A stretch of DNA of 64,000 nucleotides from Octopus sinensis (taxonomy: Eukaryota), in the NCBI RefSeq assembly GCF_006345805.1, contig NC_042997.1:30380001-30444000 (forward strand), read 5' to 3'. Made by a program: the position numbers and the translations under genes. The notes under the pieces are model-generated. The model was given only the letters and a program-made list of their open reading frames with translations, did not search any database and was not told the DNA's origin. Each line of letters begins with the position of its first letter. The first letter of the stretch is position 1. Positions 39,241 to 50,479 of the stretch are shown one piece after another.

Positions 39241-41343
39241 ATCCCGACTCTTCCCTTAAGTTTTTGGCTAAATACCGATGAAGTATTAGAATGGTTTAAT
39301 TCTCCAACTAATACTAGTAGTCTCTCCTTTATTCAATTTGACATAAATAATTATTACTCTAGTATTTCCCCCATCTTGCTAATTAAATCACTTATATTTG
39401 CCATGAATCGCTCCCTCATATCTAGAGAGGAAATCGATATAGTACTATTAGCTAGGAAAACAATTATAGAATTTGAAGGAAAATTATGGACTAGAGCAGA
39501 TACCCCTAATAATTTCGATATACCCATGGGCTCTAGTGATTCGGCTGCGGTAACTAATTTGGTAGGCGCATATCTATTAATGTGCATAAAAAGGGAGATC
39601 CCGGAAATACAAGGTGGTCTATACAGGGATGATGCTCTGTTTGTTATTCCTAGTAATAATAAATCTAGCATTGAAAGGATTAGAAAGAAAATTAATAGGT
39701 TCTTTAAAGATTTCAACCTTAGCATAACTTATGAACCTGGCACTAAAATAGTCAATTTCCTAGATATTACATTAGACCTTAACTCTAAGCTGCATCACCC
39801 ATTTAGAAAGGAAGGTGAAATCACTAGATACGTAAATAAATTATCCAATCATCCCCCAAATATAATAAAATCTTTGATTAGAAATATTTCCTTAAGAATC
39901 TCCAAATTGTCATCTAATAATGATATATTTAACTCTCACTCTGAGCATTATAATGCAGCGTTATCTAAGACAGGATACAACCAAAAGATTGCATTTATTG
40001 ATAAGGAGAGCTTACATATTCCTAATAATGGAGGTAGCAGTAACTACGTAAATAAAAATATAGATCACGCCCGAAATAAAAGTAGAAATAGATTTACGGT
40101 GACAACAAATCCAGCGTGCAAGCGAAATCATAAGAATAAAAATAAAGACCAGAGCATAGATAACTCTGATAAAACAAATTTAGATAAATCAAAAAAGCAT
40201 ACAAATAATAGTAATAAATATAATAGCTCTGGTAGGATCAGTAATAATTCAACTAACCCTAATTCTAATTTAAGAAAATATAATAAGGAAGATATAATCT
40301 GGCTGAATATTCCTTTCAACTGTGCGATTTTATCGGATATACACGGCAGATTCAAATTAATTCTAGAAAAAAAATTTCCAGCATCTCATAAATATCATAG
40401 AATAATTTCTAAAAGAACGGTTAGGATTTCTTATTCAATCCTCCCAAATATGTCCACTATAATAGCTAAAATTAATAACAAAAGCATTAAGTTAGCCAGG
40501 AATAATAGGACTAATACTAACATGAATACCAATAATAATTGTAATAATATTATCAAAAATAAAAATAATAACAACAATAATAGTAATTATCAAAACAAGG
40601 GTAGCATCAATAACCATGGAATAATTGATAATATTAATATTAATAGGAATAATAATGATAATAATATGAGCAATGCAAATAGGGAAAATATCGGGAATGA
40701 AGATAACATTGATATCTATAACAGCAATATGCATTCGGATATAAATACAAGCAATAATAATAGCAATACCAATAATGTTGATAATTATGATATGGTTATA
40801 GAGCTAAATGATAATGTAAGCGGATCGATAAATGATAACACAGCTTTAGATAATAACATTACCTATAATAACGATAATTATACTCATAATAATCTGAATA
40901 ACAGCAATATGAGATATTTATCCTTAAATAATTCTAAATCTGAAGATTTTCCCCCTAGGTGTAATTGTAGGATTAAGTCAAAATGCCCGGCACCTGGTCT
41001 GTGTGGGGCCCATAACGTAATCTATAAATGTACTATAACTACCGAGAATACCAAATTTCTTTATTTGGGGTGTACTATAAAATTTAAGCAACGAGTTAGC
41101 AACCATATCTTATCATTTAAGTTACGTCATAAAGCTGGTTGCACCACACTTTCCAGTAAGATCTGGGAACTCAAAGATAATAATATTAAATATAACCTTA
41201 ACTGGGAAATAGTTAGAAGGGCGATACCTTATAGAAATAACAGGGTAGGTTGCCAACTCTGCTCCATGGAGACATATGAAATTTTAAAGCATAGAGAAAA
41301 TAAAAATTTATTAAATAACCGTATCGAATTAGGTCAGTCTTGA
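39241..41343 (+). CDS. PLE reverse transcriptase plus C-terminal GIY-YIG endonuclease (N-terminally truncated)
   Basis: RT motifs FIQFDINNYYSSI, FDIPMGSSDSA, GLYRDDAL, VNFLDITLDL and SNHPPNI. EN motifs CNCRIKSKCP, NVIYKC, YLGCT, FKQRVSNH, LSSKIWELK and CQLCSMETY. No stop over about 700 codons. The ORF-track start at 39112 lies in an unrelated upstream repeat. Confidence 0.93.
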   Translation: MPTLPLSFWLNTDEVLEWFNSPTNTSSLSFIQFDINNYYSSISPILLIKSLIFAMNRSLISREEIDIVLLARKTIIEFEGKLWTRADTPNNFDIPMGSSDSAAVTNLVGAYLLMCIKREIPEIQGGLYRDDALFVIPSNNKSSIERIRKKINRFFKDFNLSITYEPGTKIVNFLDITLDLNSKLHHPFRKEGEITRYVNKLSNHPPNIIKSLIRNISLRISKLSSNNDIFNSHSEHYNAALSKTGYNQKIAFIDKESLHIPNNGGSSNYVNKNIDHARNKSRNRFTVTTNPACKRNHKNKNKDQSIDNSDKTNLDKSKKHTNNSNKYNSSGRISNNSTNPNSNLRKYNKEDIIWLNIPFNCAILSDIHGRFKLILEKKFPASHKYHRIISKRTVRISYSILPNMSTIIAKINNKSIKLARNNRTNTNMNTNNNCNNIIKNKNNNNNNSNYQNKGSINNHGIIDNININRNNNDNNMSNANRENIGNEDNIDIYNSNMHSDINTSNNNSNTNNVDNYDMVIELNDNVSGSINDNTALDNNITYNNDNYTHNNLNNSNMRYLSLNNSKSEDFPPRCNCRIKSKCPAPGLCGAHNVIYKCTITTENTKFLYLGCTIKFKQRVSNHILSFKLRHKAGCTTLSSKIWELKDNNIKYNLNWEIVRRAIPYRNNRVGCQLCSMETYEILKHRENKNLLNNRIELGQS

Positions 41344-42484
41344 ATTCACTCAAAAATCAAGACTCTTAAATATTTTAAATAAAAATCGTATAGAATAACA
41401 GTATAGAGTTAGATCTATATTGTATTTACTAAAAAAGCTAAACTCTAATATATTTTAAATAGAAATCTGTGAGCTCTTCCACTGATGTTCTTTCTTTCTA
41501 ACTGTACCTGTTTAAAACACACAAAAAAACAAATAGTATTCGTACGATGCCAAGTTTTAATTGACTATATAGTCAATTTAATTAACCTAACCTAAATTAA
41601 ATAAATTGATAATACTTCCTAATTCTATTCTAAATTTAATAGGTAATACTACTCCCTTAATAATAATATAAAGAATTTTCACTATATTTTGAATAAGCAA
41701 AACTCTCACACCATTTACTATAGAAATTATCTGACCTCTAGGTTTTGACCTAAATTCTGTCTTACAATATATAAACATTAGTAAAAATAGAAACAATAAT
41801 AAATAAATGACCTTCTGTTCTAGTGTTGCCCTTAAATTTCTTATTGTATCTTCCTCTACTGATAGCCTTTGACCCCTTTAACTCTTTCCTTTGATCTCTT
41901 TATATTCTTTGTCCTGTAGGAGTGGAAGTTAATAGCTGTTTGCTGGTCAAAAATAATGTCCCCTTATAAATCTTAAATTCCTGCAACACTAACCCAGATT
42001 TTCTGTCACCACAGAAATAAACTAACCTTTGTAGTTAGTGTACTTACGACGTCTTATTCCCATACCCCTCCCTCCCGTAATGTCCTTATTTGGGCGGCTT
42101 CTGCTTCACTGACTTCTTTTGCGACTTCTTTTAGCCACTATAGCCAATCTCTTCTTCCAACAACTTAGTTTGTGAAATGAATAGATGTGTGAACAACATC
42201 TTTTTCTCATATATCAGGAAATTACATCTGCATTATTATGGATACATTCATCTTCTCTGTGAATAAAATCTTTCCTCATATCTCCGGAAATTACACCTGC
42301 ATTATTATGGATGGATTTACTTTTTCTGAGAAGCTAACAATCTTTTTAAAAACCTTTTATAAAACTGTGCATCATTAGAAAACATTTTAAGTCTGCTTAC
42401 AACCTAACTTTGCTTTTCATAGAACTCTCTTCGATACTTCATGAGTGTAGCCTCACTCCCTAGGATGTTTGGAAAACTCATATG

Positions 42485-42578
42485 TGTTTTGGCTGATGAA
42501 TACGGGACACTTGTATTTACTGCAATATTTGCAGCTTTAAATAAACCTGTTCTTCGTATGAAACAATTGTACTGAACA
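42485..42578 (+). ncRNA. Type I hammerhead ribozyme with extended stem II
   Basis: CTGATGA at 42493-99. Stem II atacg-ggaca...tgttc-tt-cgtat with an internal ctgcaa/ttgcag hairpin. GAAA at 42560-63, palindromic stem III ACAATTGT, GUA cleavage triplet (cut after 42571). Stem I tgttttgg/ctgaaca. Confidence 0.8.
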
Positions 42579-42863
42579 ACTAATCCATTCTTGTTGCTTT
42601 TTTCCTGTATATATACATACATATATATATGCATATATATGCATATATACATATATATATGTACATACCTACATGTATGTATGTATATATATACATGCAT
42701 ATATGGGTATAGGACGTCAAAAAACGTTGAACACAATGTGAAACGAAAACATAACACAAAAACATGGAAACGAACTATTTTTTAACCAACGAAAAAACCG
42801 AGTACAAAACATACAACACAAGGAATATTCCCCTTCTTCAGTTGTCCCTGCTTCGTCTACTCC

Positions 42864-42913
<50 letters not shown>

Positions 42914-44102
42914 GCACACACACACACACATATGCACAGCTGCTTGACTTTCACGGAGTTTCTGTCTCCCAAATTCTTTCGCAAAACATTAGTCGGCCCG
43001 GGCCAATAGTAGAAGACACTCAAACTAGGGTACAGCGGGACTGAACCCAAAACCCAAGTGGCTGCAAATCGAGTTATTTAACACATAGCTATGCTTGCTC
43101 CCCAAACAGGAACGAACTCAATCATTATTAGTTTTTATTTGTAAATTTAGATTTTCGTTAACTTGAGATGAATGAATTTTTGGCATATTTATTAACAGAT
43201 AACATGTTTAAATCAAATTATGATTAATTAAATGTTTTAATTGTGTCGTATATATTGTTATTAGAAATACAGATGTTTATGATTTCAGAACCGGGTACAG
43301 ACCTTTGATTTGAATATTTCTATACAACATTTGAGTTTCTTGGTTTCTTTCTTTTTTCTTTTCTTTTGTTTTCCTAAACTCGTTTGACATCAGTTGAATC
43401 AGTGGTTCCACTTTCAGTGTTGAAATCGCGGTGATGTCCTTTAGGCAACTTACGAGGGACACTCCCTGATTGTACTGCAAAGGATTTTGTTCTGTAGTTA
43501 TGTCTTTGCCTGATGATGGCTTGTTTGTTGTTTTGCTTGGGTATGCTTGACGGGTATTTTTTATACAGGCTCTTAGATCATATTTTTAGATCCTAACTGA
43601 CCTTTGTTATAGGTTTAGATATAATTTTATTCATACATTTCGGAATAATTATAGTTTAGCATGGTGAAATTGTCGTTATAAGGTGAGTATTAAACATATT
43701 TTCACGCATATACGTGTGTGTGTGTGTGTGTGGCGTCTGTGCGCGCATACACACATACATACATGTGTGTAGGTAGGTAGGTAGATGGATGGATGGATGG
43801 AAGGATGGATGGACGGATGACGACGACGTCTAACAAATTCTCATATTGTGAATCTCTACTAGTTCGCCTTACTTACAGGATGTTGCAGCCAAAGTCTTTC
43901 TACTGCTTTAAAAACAAATTATATTTTATTATATAATCCTAGGTAGACTGAGAAAAAGAAGAAAAATATAGTTAATTACCACTTGCTGGCATATATTTTA
44001 GCATGAATCAACTGGATCACAAGCGACCTAGGGTTAAATAACAGCAGCAATAACGATAACAATTTTCTCTGATCAGTGATATTTTATAATACTTCCAGAC
44101 AA

Positions 44103-45165
44103 AGGCGGCGAGTTGGCAGAATCGTTAGCACGCCGGGCGAAATGCTTTGTGGTATTTCGTCCGCCGCTGCGTTCTGAGTTCAAATTCCGCCGAGGTCGAC
44201 TTTGCCTTTCATCTTTTCGGGGTCGATAAATTACCAGTTACGCACTGGAGTCGGTGTAATCGACTTAATCCGTGTGTCTGTCCTTGTTTGTCCTCACTGC
44301 GTTTAGCCCCTTGTGGGTAGTAAAGAAATAGGTATTTCGTCTGCCGCTACGTTCAGGGTCGATTAAATAAGTACCAGTCACTGGAGTCGATATAATCGAC
44401 TTAATCCTTTTGTCTGTCCTTGTTTGTCCCCTCTGTGTTTAGCCCCTTATGGGTAATAAAGAAATAAATAGGTATTTTGTCTGCCGTTACGTTCTGAGTT
44501 CAAATTCTGCCGTGGTCGACTTTGCCTTTCATCCTTTCGGGGTCGATAAATTAAGTACCAGTTACGCACTGGGGTCGATATAATCGACTTAATCCGTGTG
44601 TCTGTCCTTGTTTGTCCTCACTGCGTTTAGCCCCTTGTGGGTAGTAAAGAAATAGGTATTTCGTCTGCCGCTACGTTGTGAGTTCAAATTCCGCCATGGT
44701 CGACTTTGCCTTTCATCCTTTCGGGGTCGATAAATTAAGTACCAGTTGCGCACTGGGGTTGATGTAATCGACTTAATCCATTTGTCTGTCCTTGTTTGTC
44801 CACTCTATGTTTAGCCTCTTGTGGGTAGTAGAGAAATAGGTATTTCCTCTGCCGTTACGTTCAGGGTCGATTAAATAAGTACCAGTCACTGAAGTCGATA
44901 TAATCGACTTAATCTTTTTGTCTGTCCTTGTTTGTCCCCTCTGTGTTTAGCCCCTTATGGGTAGTAAAGAAATAAATATGTATTTTGTCTGCCGTTACGT
45001 TTTGAGTTCAAATTCCGCCGTGGTCGACTTTGCCCTTCATCCTTTCGGGGTCGATAGATTAAGTACCAGTTACGCACTAGGATCGATATAATCGACTTAA
45101 TCCGTTTGTCTGTCCTTGTTTGTCCCCTGTGTGTGTAGCCCCTTGTGAGCAGTAAAGAAATAAGA
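44103..45165 (+). repeat. Tandem array of tRNA-derived SINE family B (head plus six body units)
   Basis: Head ggcggcgagttggcagaatcgttagc. Each unit restarts at tatttcgtctgccg. The core gcctttcatcctttcggggtcgataaattaagtaccag resembles the Meta/MESC domain as recalled. Confidence 0.9.
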
Positions 45166-45689
45166 ATCGTTAGTGCGTAGGACAAAATGCATAATAGCAT
45201 TTTTTTCTCTGGCTCTGAGTTCTAATACCACTTTGTCTTTCATCTTTTCGGAATCGATAAAATAAGTAGCAGTTAAACACTGGGGTCGACCTAATCGAAT
45301 TACCCTCTTCTCGTAAAACTGCTGACCTTGTACAATAATTTCAAACCATTTTACTTGCACGCACACACACACACACCACACACACACACACACACACACG
45401 CTCACGCACACACTCACAAACACAAATAATGAATCGGTTTAACTCGGGGGAAAAAAATTATATATACACTCTTTACTCTTTTACTTGTTTCAGTCATTTG
45501 ACTGTGGCTATGCTGGAGCACCGTATTTGGTCGAGCAGATCGACCCCAGGACCTATTCTTTGTAAGTCTAGTAAGCTTATTCTATCGGTCTCTTTTACTG
45601 AACCGATAGGTTACAGGGATGTAACACACCAGCATCGGTTGTCAAGCGATGTTGGGGGGACTAACACAAACACACAAACGTACGTACAC

Positions 45690-45704
45690 ACACACATACA
45701 CAAC

Positions 45705-45735
<31 letters not shown>

Positions 45736-46059
45736 CATATACATATATACACATATATACATATATACACATATATACATATATATATATACACATATAC
45801 ATATATATACATATATATATATATATATATTTATACATATATATACATATATATATATACATATACATATATATATATACATATATATACATACATATAT
45901 ATACATATATATACACACATATACATATATATACATATATATATATACATATATACATATACATATATACATATACATATAATATATACATATACATATA
46001 TACACATATATATATACATATACATATATATATATATATATTATATATATATATATATA

Positions 46060-46090
<31 letters not shown>

Positions 46091-46149
46091 TATATATACA
46101 CACATATATATACACATATATATATATACACATATATATATACACACAC

Positions 46150-46198
<49 letters not shown>

Positions 46199-46215
46199 CA
46201 TATATATATACATAC
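45690..46215. repeat. Long (TA)/(TACA) microsatellite, representative of many
   Basis: Similar tracts lie at 2620-2770, 10410-10760, 11680-12100, 15750-16270, 25790-25950, 37430-37800 and 38830-39040. Confidence 0.95.
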
Positions 46216-46489
46216 AAGACCACTATATACGCAAGTAGGCAGGGCGGTGATGGAGGTAGTGTAGTTGTTATTGTTATTTAACCCCAGGTCAGGACTATAA
46301 CTAATGGCGTTCCCATCACGATAGTGCCGTCCAATTTCCTATGTGCAGAGGAAAACCCAGTACCACATACGTAAAACAACACATCCGTTTTTCTATAACG
46401 GTAGGATCCGATGTGGGGGAACATTTTGTTGCTACTACTTCTAATAACGACCACGTAGTGGCTCCTTCATTTCCTTCGCAGCAGCAGCA

Positions 46490-46491
46490 AC

Positions 46492-46539
<48 letters not shown>

Positions 46540-46601
46540 GGTGGTGGTGGTGGTGGTGGTGGTGGTAGTGGTGGTGGTGTGGTGGTGGTGGTGTGGTGGT
46601 G

Positions 46602-46657
<56 letters not shown>

Positions 46658-46663
46658 GGTGTG

Positions 46664-46701
<38 letters not shown>

Positions 46702-46723
46702 GGTGGTGGTGGTGGTGGTGGTG

Positions 46724-46767
<44 letters not shown>

Positions 46768-46870
46768 GGTGGTGGTGGTGGTGTGGTGGTGGTGGTAGTA
46801 GTAGTAGTAGCAGTAGTGGTAGTAGTAGTAGTAGTAGTAGTAGATGATAATGGTGGTGGTGGTGGTGGTG
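46490..46870. repeat. (GTA)n/(GTG)n trinucleotide microsatellite
   Basis: Directly visible. It produces the poly-V, poly-T and poly-H/Y ORFs. Confidence 0.9.
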
Positions 46871-47727
46871 GCTGTCGTCGTATTGGTAATGATGACGGTG
46901 CTTATGGCGGTGGGTGTGCTGATAGTAGTGGGTGATGGCGGCGGCGGTGGTCGGCGTCGCTGTTCTCATTACGTTCATTGATGGAGGGGTGGTGGTGGTG
47001 GTGGTGGCTAGAAGTTGGGGATTTGGCGAAGCATATAAATTCGAAGAGTTTCGTTAGTTTTTCATCTTTGAATGAAGAAAACTCATGTAGAGACGTATGT
47101 AATCCGCCTTCATAACCACAGCAGACAGAGGAAGGCAAAAAGTTAAAGCAAAAACGGTGAAAGAAGAATGAGAAGGAGATACGTACACTGGTAGTTAAAT
47201 TAATTGATGCATACATAAACAAATATATTTCTTTACTGCCCAGAAGGGGCTAAACATAGAGGGGGACAAACAAGGACAGATGAAGGGATTGAGTCGATTA
47301 TTATATGGCCCCCAGTGCGAAACTGGTACTTTATTTATCGACCCCGAAAGGATGAAAGGCAAAGTCGACCTCGGCGGTATTTGAATTCAGAACGTAACGA
47401 CAGACGAAATACCTATTTCTATTTCTTTATTACCCACAAGGGGCTAAACATAGAGGGGACAAACAAGGACAGACATAGGTATTAAGTCGATTACATCGAC
47501 CCCAGTGTGTAACTGGTACTTAATTTATCGACTCCGAAAGGATGAAAGACAAAGTCGACCTCGGCGGTATTTGAACTCAGAACGTAACGACAGACGAAAT
47601 ACCACTAAGCATTTCGCCCGGCACGCTAACGTGTCTGCCAGCTCGCCGCCTTTGCATACATAAACAAATGGATATGCAAATACATTCATATACAGATATA
47701 AAAATATACTGATAGAGATATATATAT

Positions 47728-47761
<34 letters not shown>

Positions 47762-47984
47762 ATATATATATATATATTATATATATATATATATAGATGA
47801 CACATGGGAAAAGAAGTTTGAAAGCAAAAATTTTAAAAACAACGAATAATAACAATAATAGAGCCGACAAGTTAGAGAAATTCAAGAGCAACGACTACGA
47901 TATCAGCAACCACCACGATGATGTCCATAGTTATAAACACAAACAAACGCTCCAATGAAAGCACAAAACTTGTATATATACCAT

Positions 47985-48030
47985 GCGCTATATAAACCAC
48001 CACGCATGCCGTTAAGTGTCAATCGTCCGT
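47985..48030 (+). promoter_or_regulatory. Possible TATA-box core promoter
   Basis: ctatataaacc at about 47987, with an Inr-like tcaat about 30 nt downstream, in a non-repetitive, CpG-containing island. Confidence 0.25.
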
Positions 48031-49010
48031 CCGCTTGTGTGTATAAAGCGACGTTAGCAACGTTAGCGACAACTACTTCGGAAGAAGAGAGTTTAAAGTG
48101 AACAGCAAAAAAAACTTTCGGCAAATAAGCGGGAGAAAAAAAAAACACAACACATACCCACACACACGCACATACGCACACACACACACGAGCGGTGATT
48201 GGAGAAAACAAGAAGAATTTTAAAAACAAAGAAAAGACAGTAGTACACTTATCAAACAATAATAACAAACAGCAGCAACTGAAAGAACTTCGAATAAAAA
48301 GAAAATATTATTTGAGAAACAAAAAGTTTATCAATAAACAAACGAAGTACTTTTTCGTGTATATTATTATATATATAATATAGATAGATAGATATATAGA
48401 TACAGAGCACAATTTATCTATATTGATATTTATTTGTATACATAGTTTATAAGTACTTGTATGTTATATATCAAGATATATATAATACTTACTAAAACAC
48501 ACACGCATATTTTTATTCATACGTGCGTACTACTCTCTCTCTGTCTCTCTCTCTGTCTCTCTCTCTGTCTCTCTCTTTCTTTCTCTCTCTCTCATATGCA
48601 AACACACATACATACACACATACGCTCTCTTACTCTCTCTGTAACCGCAAATTTAATAAATGCACTTGTTAAATAATCCCCGTGTATAATAAATATGTAT
48701 GCGCTAACAGAGCAACACATATATCGGTAGGCAGGTATATATATCTATCTATATATATATATATGCATCATGTCTGCATATATATAAAGTTGCATATATA
48801 TATATGTATATATATGTATATATATATATATTGCATATAGAAATACAGATATAAAATTAAGAAAAACAGTATTTTCATAACATTTATGTGAATATATAAA
48901 TATATATACACACATATATATTATATCGGATTACAGACTCGTCGGTGAGGCGTGAATTAGTTACCAAGGAATGTACTGTTTATTTACATATTTTTCATCA
49001 AATTCAACAG

Positions 49011-49040
49011 ACAATGCATTGGAATATGATTCTCAAATTG
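49011..49040 (+). CDS. Candidate short first coding exon (MHWNMILKL)
   Basis: Acceptor-like ttttcatcaaattcaacag, ATG at 49014, and a strong donor G|GTAAGT at 49041 in phase 0. Confidence 0.25.
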
Positions 49041-49783
49041 GTAAGTCTTAATCATTATAATTTTTTTTCTTAATTATTATTATTATTATTATTTTTATTT
49101 CGGTAAAATTATTTTAAACTTCTTTTTATTAATACTAATCGTATTTGTGGGCTTTTCCCCTGCACTACTAGAGTGGGCTTGTTTTGTTTTCAGTACATGT
49201 TTCTTTTATTATATTTTATTCTTAATACTACCTGACTTGGTGAATCTTTAGACAGTTGAACAGTGTCTTACAGTAAATTTTTGCCGGCTCGCTATGTTTT
49301 GAGTTCAAATCTCGGCATTCATTCTTTCAGGATCGATAAAATAAAGTATCAATCAGGTACTGGTGCGAATTTGATGGACAAAAACCCTTCCACCAAAATT
49401 CATGTCTTATAAACTATATGAGAAAGAGCTTTTTTTTTCTTTTATAAGGACGATGAATTAAAGAATTACTAGCACGCTAGTTATTAACGACGTTCTCTTT
49501 CTGTTCTGAGTTCAAATACCGCTGAGGTTGATTCGCAAGCTCATTCTTTCAAATATTGATTAGTTTCTGTTGAACTGAGCTCGATACAACTGACTAACTC
49601 CTCCTCTAAAATATATGGCTTTGTGCATAATTTAGGATTATTTTTTTTCTTTACCGTTTTGTTATTTCGTTATTGTTCTTGCTACTATGAAAAGCTCCCG
49701 TTCCTACTTTTCCACTTCGCTCTTACACAATTTCCTTGGTTGCAAGGAATCAAGTAATTGTAAGACCAGTAGATACTATAGAG

Positions 49784-50014
49784 CATCGATTCTCAACGTG
49801 GGACATAAGCCCCGCCTATGGGGCCTGGGAAAATTGTGAAGCGTGGGATCTAAAAAGTTTTAATTTTTTTTTTTTTAGTGGAACATGAAATTGGGAAAAT
49901 CTCTTTTTCACAGCAAACACTACACCTATACCTTTCTTCCAACCACCGGTTGGGGCATACATTTTTCTGGAAAGTTATAGTGGGGCCTGGCGGAAAATAG
50001 GTTGGGAAACACTG
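49784..50014. mobile_element. hAT/Charlie-like MITE
   Basis: TIR-like ends catcgattctcaac and gttgggaaacactg. The 8-bp flanks ctatagag and ctattggg form a degenerate TSD. Confidence 0.5.
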
Positions 50015-50479
50015 CTATTGGGTGTCCACAATTTCAACTGATCGGCTGCACAAACTTGTAACCTGTACGGTCGATTAGGTATGACATATCGACCAGGAGC
50101 TGGTAACAAGAAGCTGATAGTGTTGTTCCCGGAATGCAAAAACTCACTGTGACCGGCTTGACAAATGGGTTAAGCAACAGTAAACGAGGGTGATTGTCAA
50201 CAAGTGGTGATGAATCGCTCGTAAGAAAGTGATTGGAGAAGAATCGGTTGTATTCAGCAAGTAGCGAAAGAAAACTAAATTAGAGAGGTAAGTAGAGAGG
50301 AAACTAAAAGAGACGATTTATGTTATCGTGCACGATATTCTTCAGCCATCCTTTTCAACACGAACCTTAAATGTTGTGTTCTTAAAACTAAGGTACGCTC
50401 TTTGACACAAGACTAAAAACAAAGAAATAAAAAACATTCGATGGACCCACGTGACAAACGCAGTAATGAAAACTGTTCG

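Larger units (their letters stand above)
39241..42608 (+). mobile_element. 5'-truncated Penelope-like retroelement (probably Nematis-type) with an RT-EN ORF, a ~1.2 kb 3' region and a terminal hammerhead
   Basis: Begins directly after a (TA)n tract and ends at another (about 42608). It carries an open RT + GIY-YIG frame and an HHR at 42485-42578, the usual PLE pLTR position. The clade is inferred from the CNCR..CP..G.C linker and C-terminal C.LC..E motif. Confidence 0.85.

Noticed and set aside
42175-42215. SECIS candidate (ATGA-11 nt-AA) in the PLE 3' region
   Set aside because: The 3' GA needed for the non-Watson-Crick quartet is absent.
44103-45165. CRISPR-like array
   Set aside because: The units are whole SINE bodies with no unique spacers, and the sequence is eukaryotic.
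45429-46281. Long YI/HT/CV-repeat ORFs here and at 11656, 15731-16644, 37382-37794 and elsewhere
   Set aside because: They are translations of TA/CA/TACA microsatellites, which lack stop codons.
46316-47222. Minus-strand His/Tyr/Thr-rich ORFs with unique flanks
   Set aside because: They are dominated by trinucleotide repeats, with no recognisable domain or convincing splice sites.
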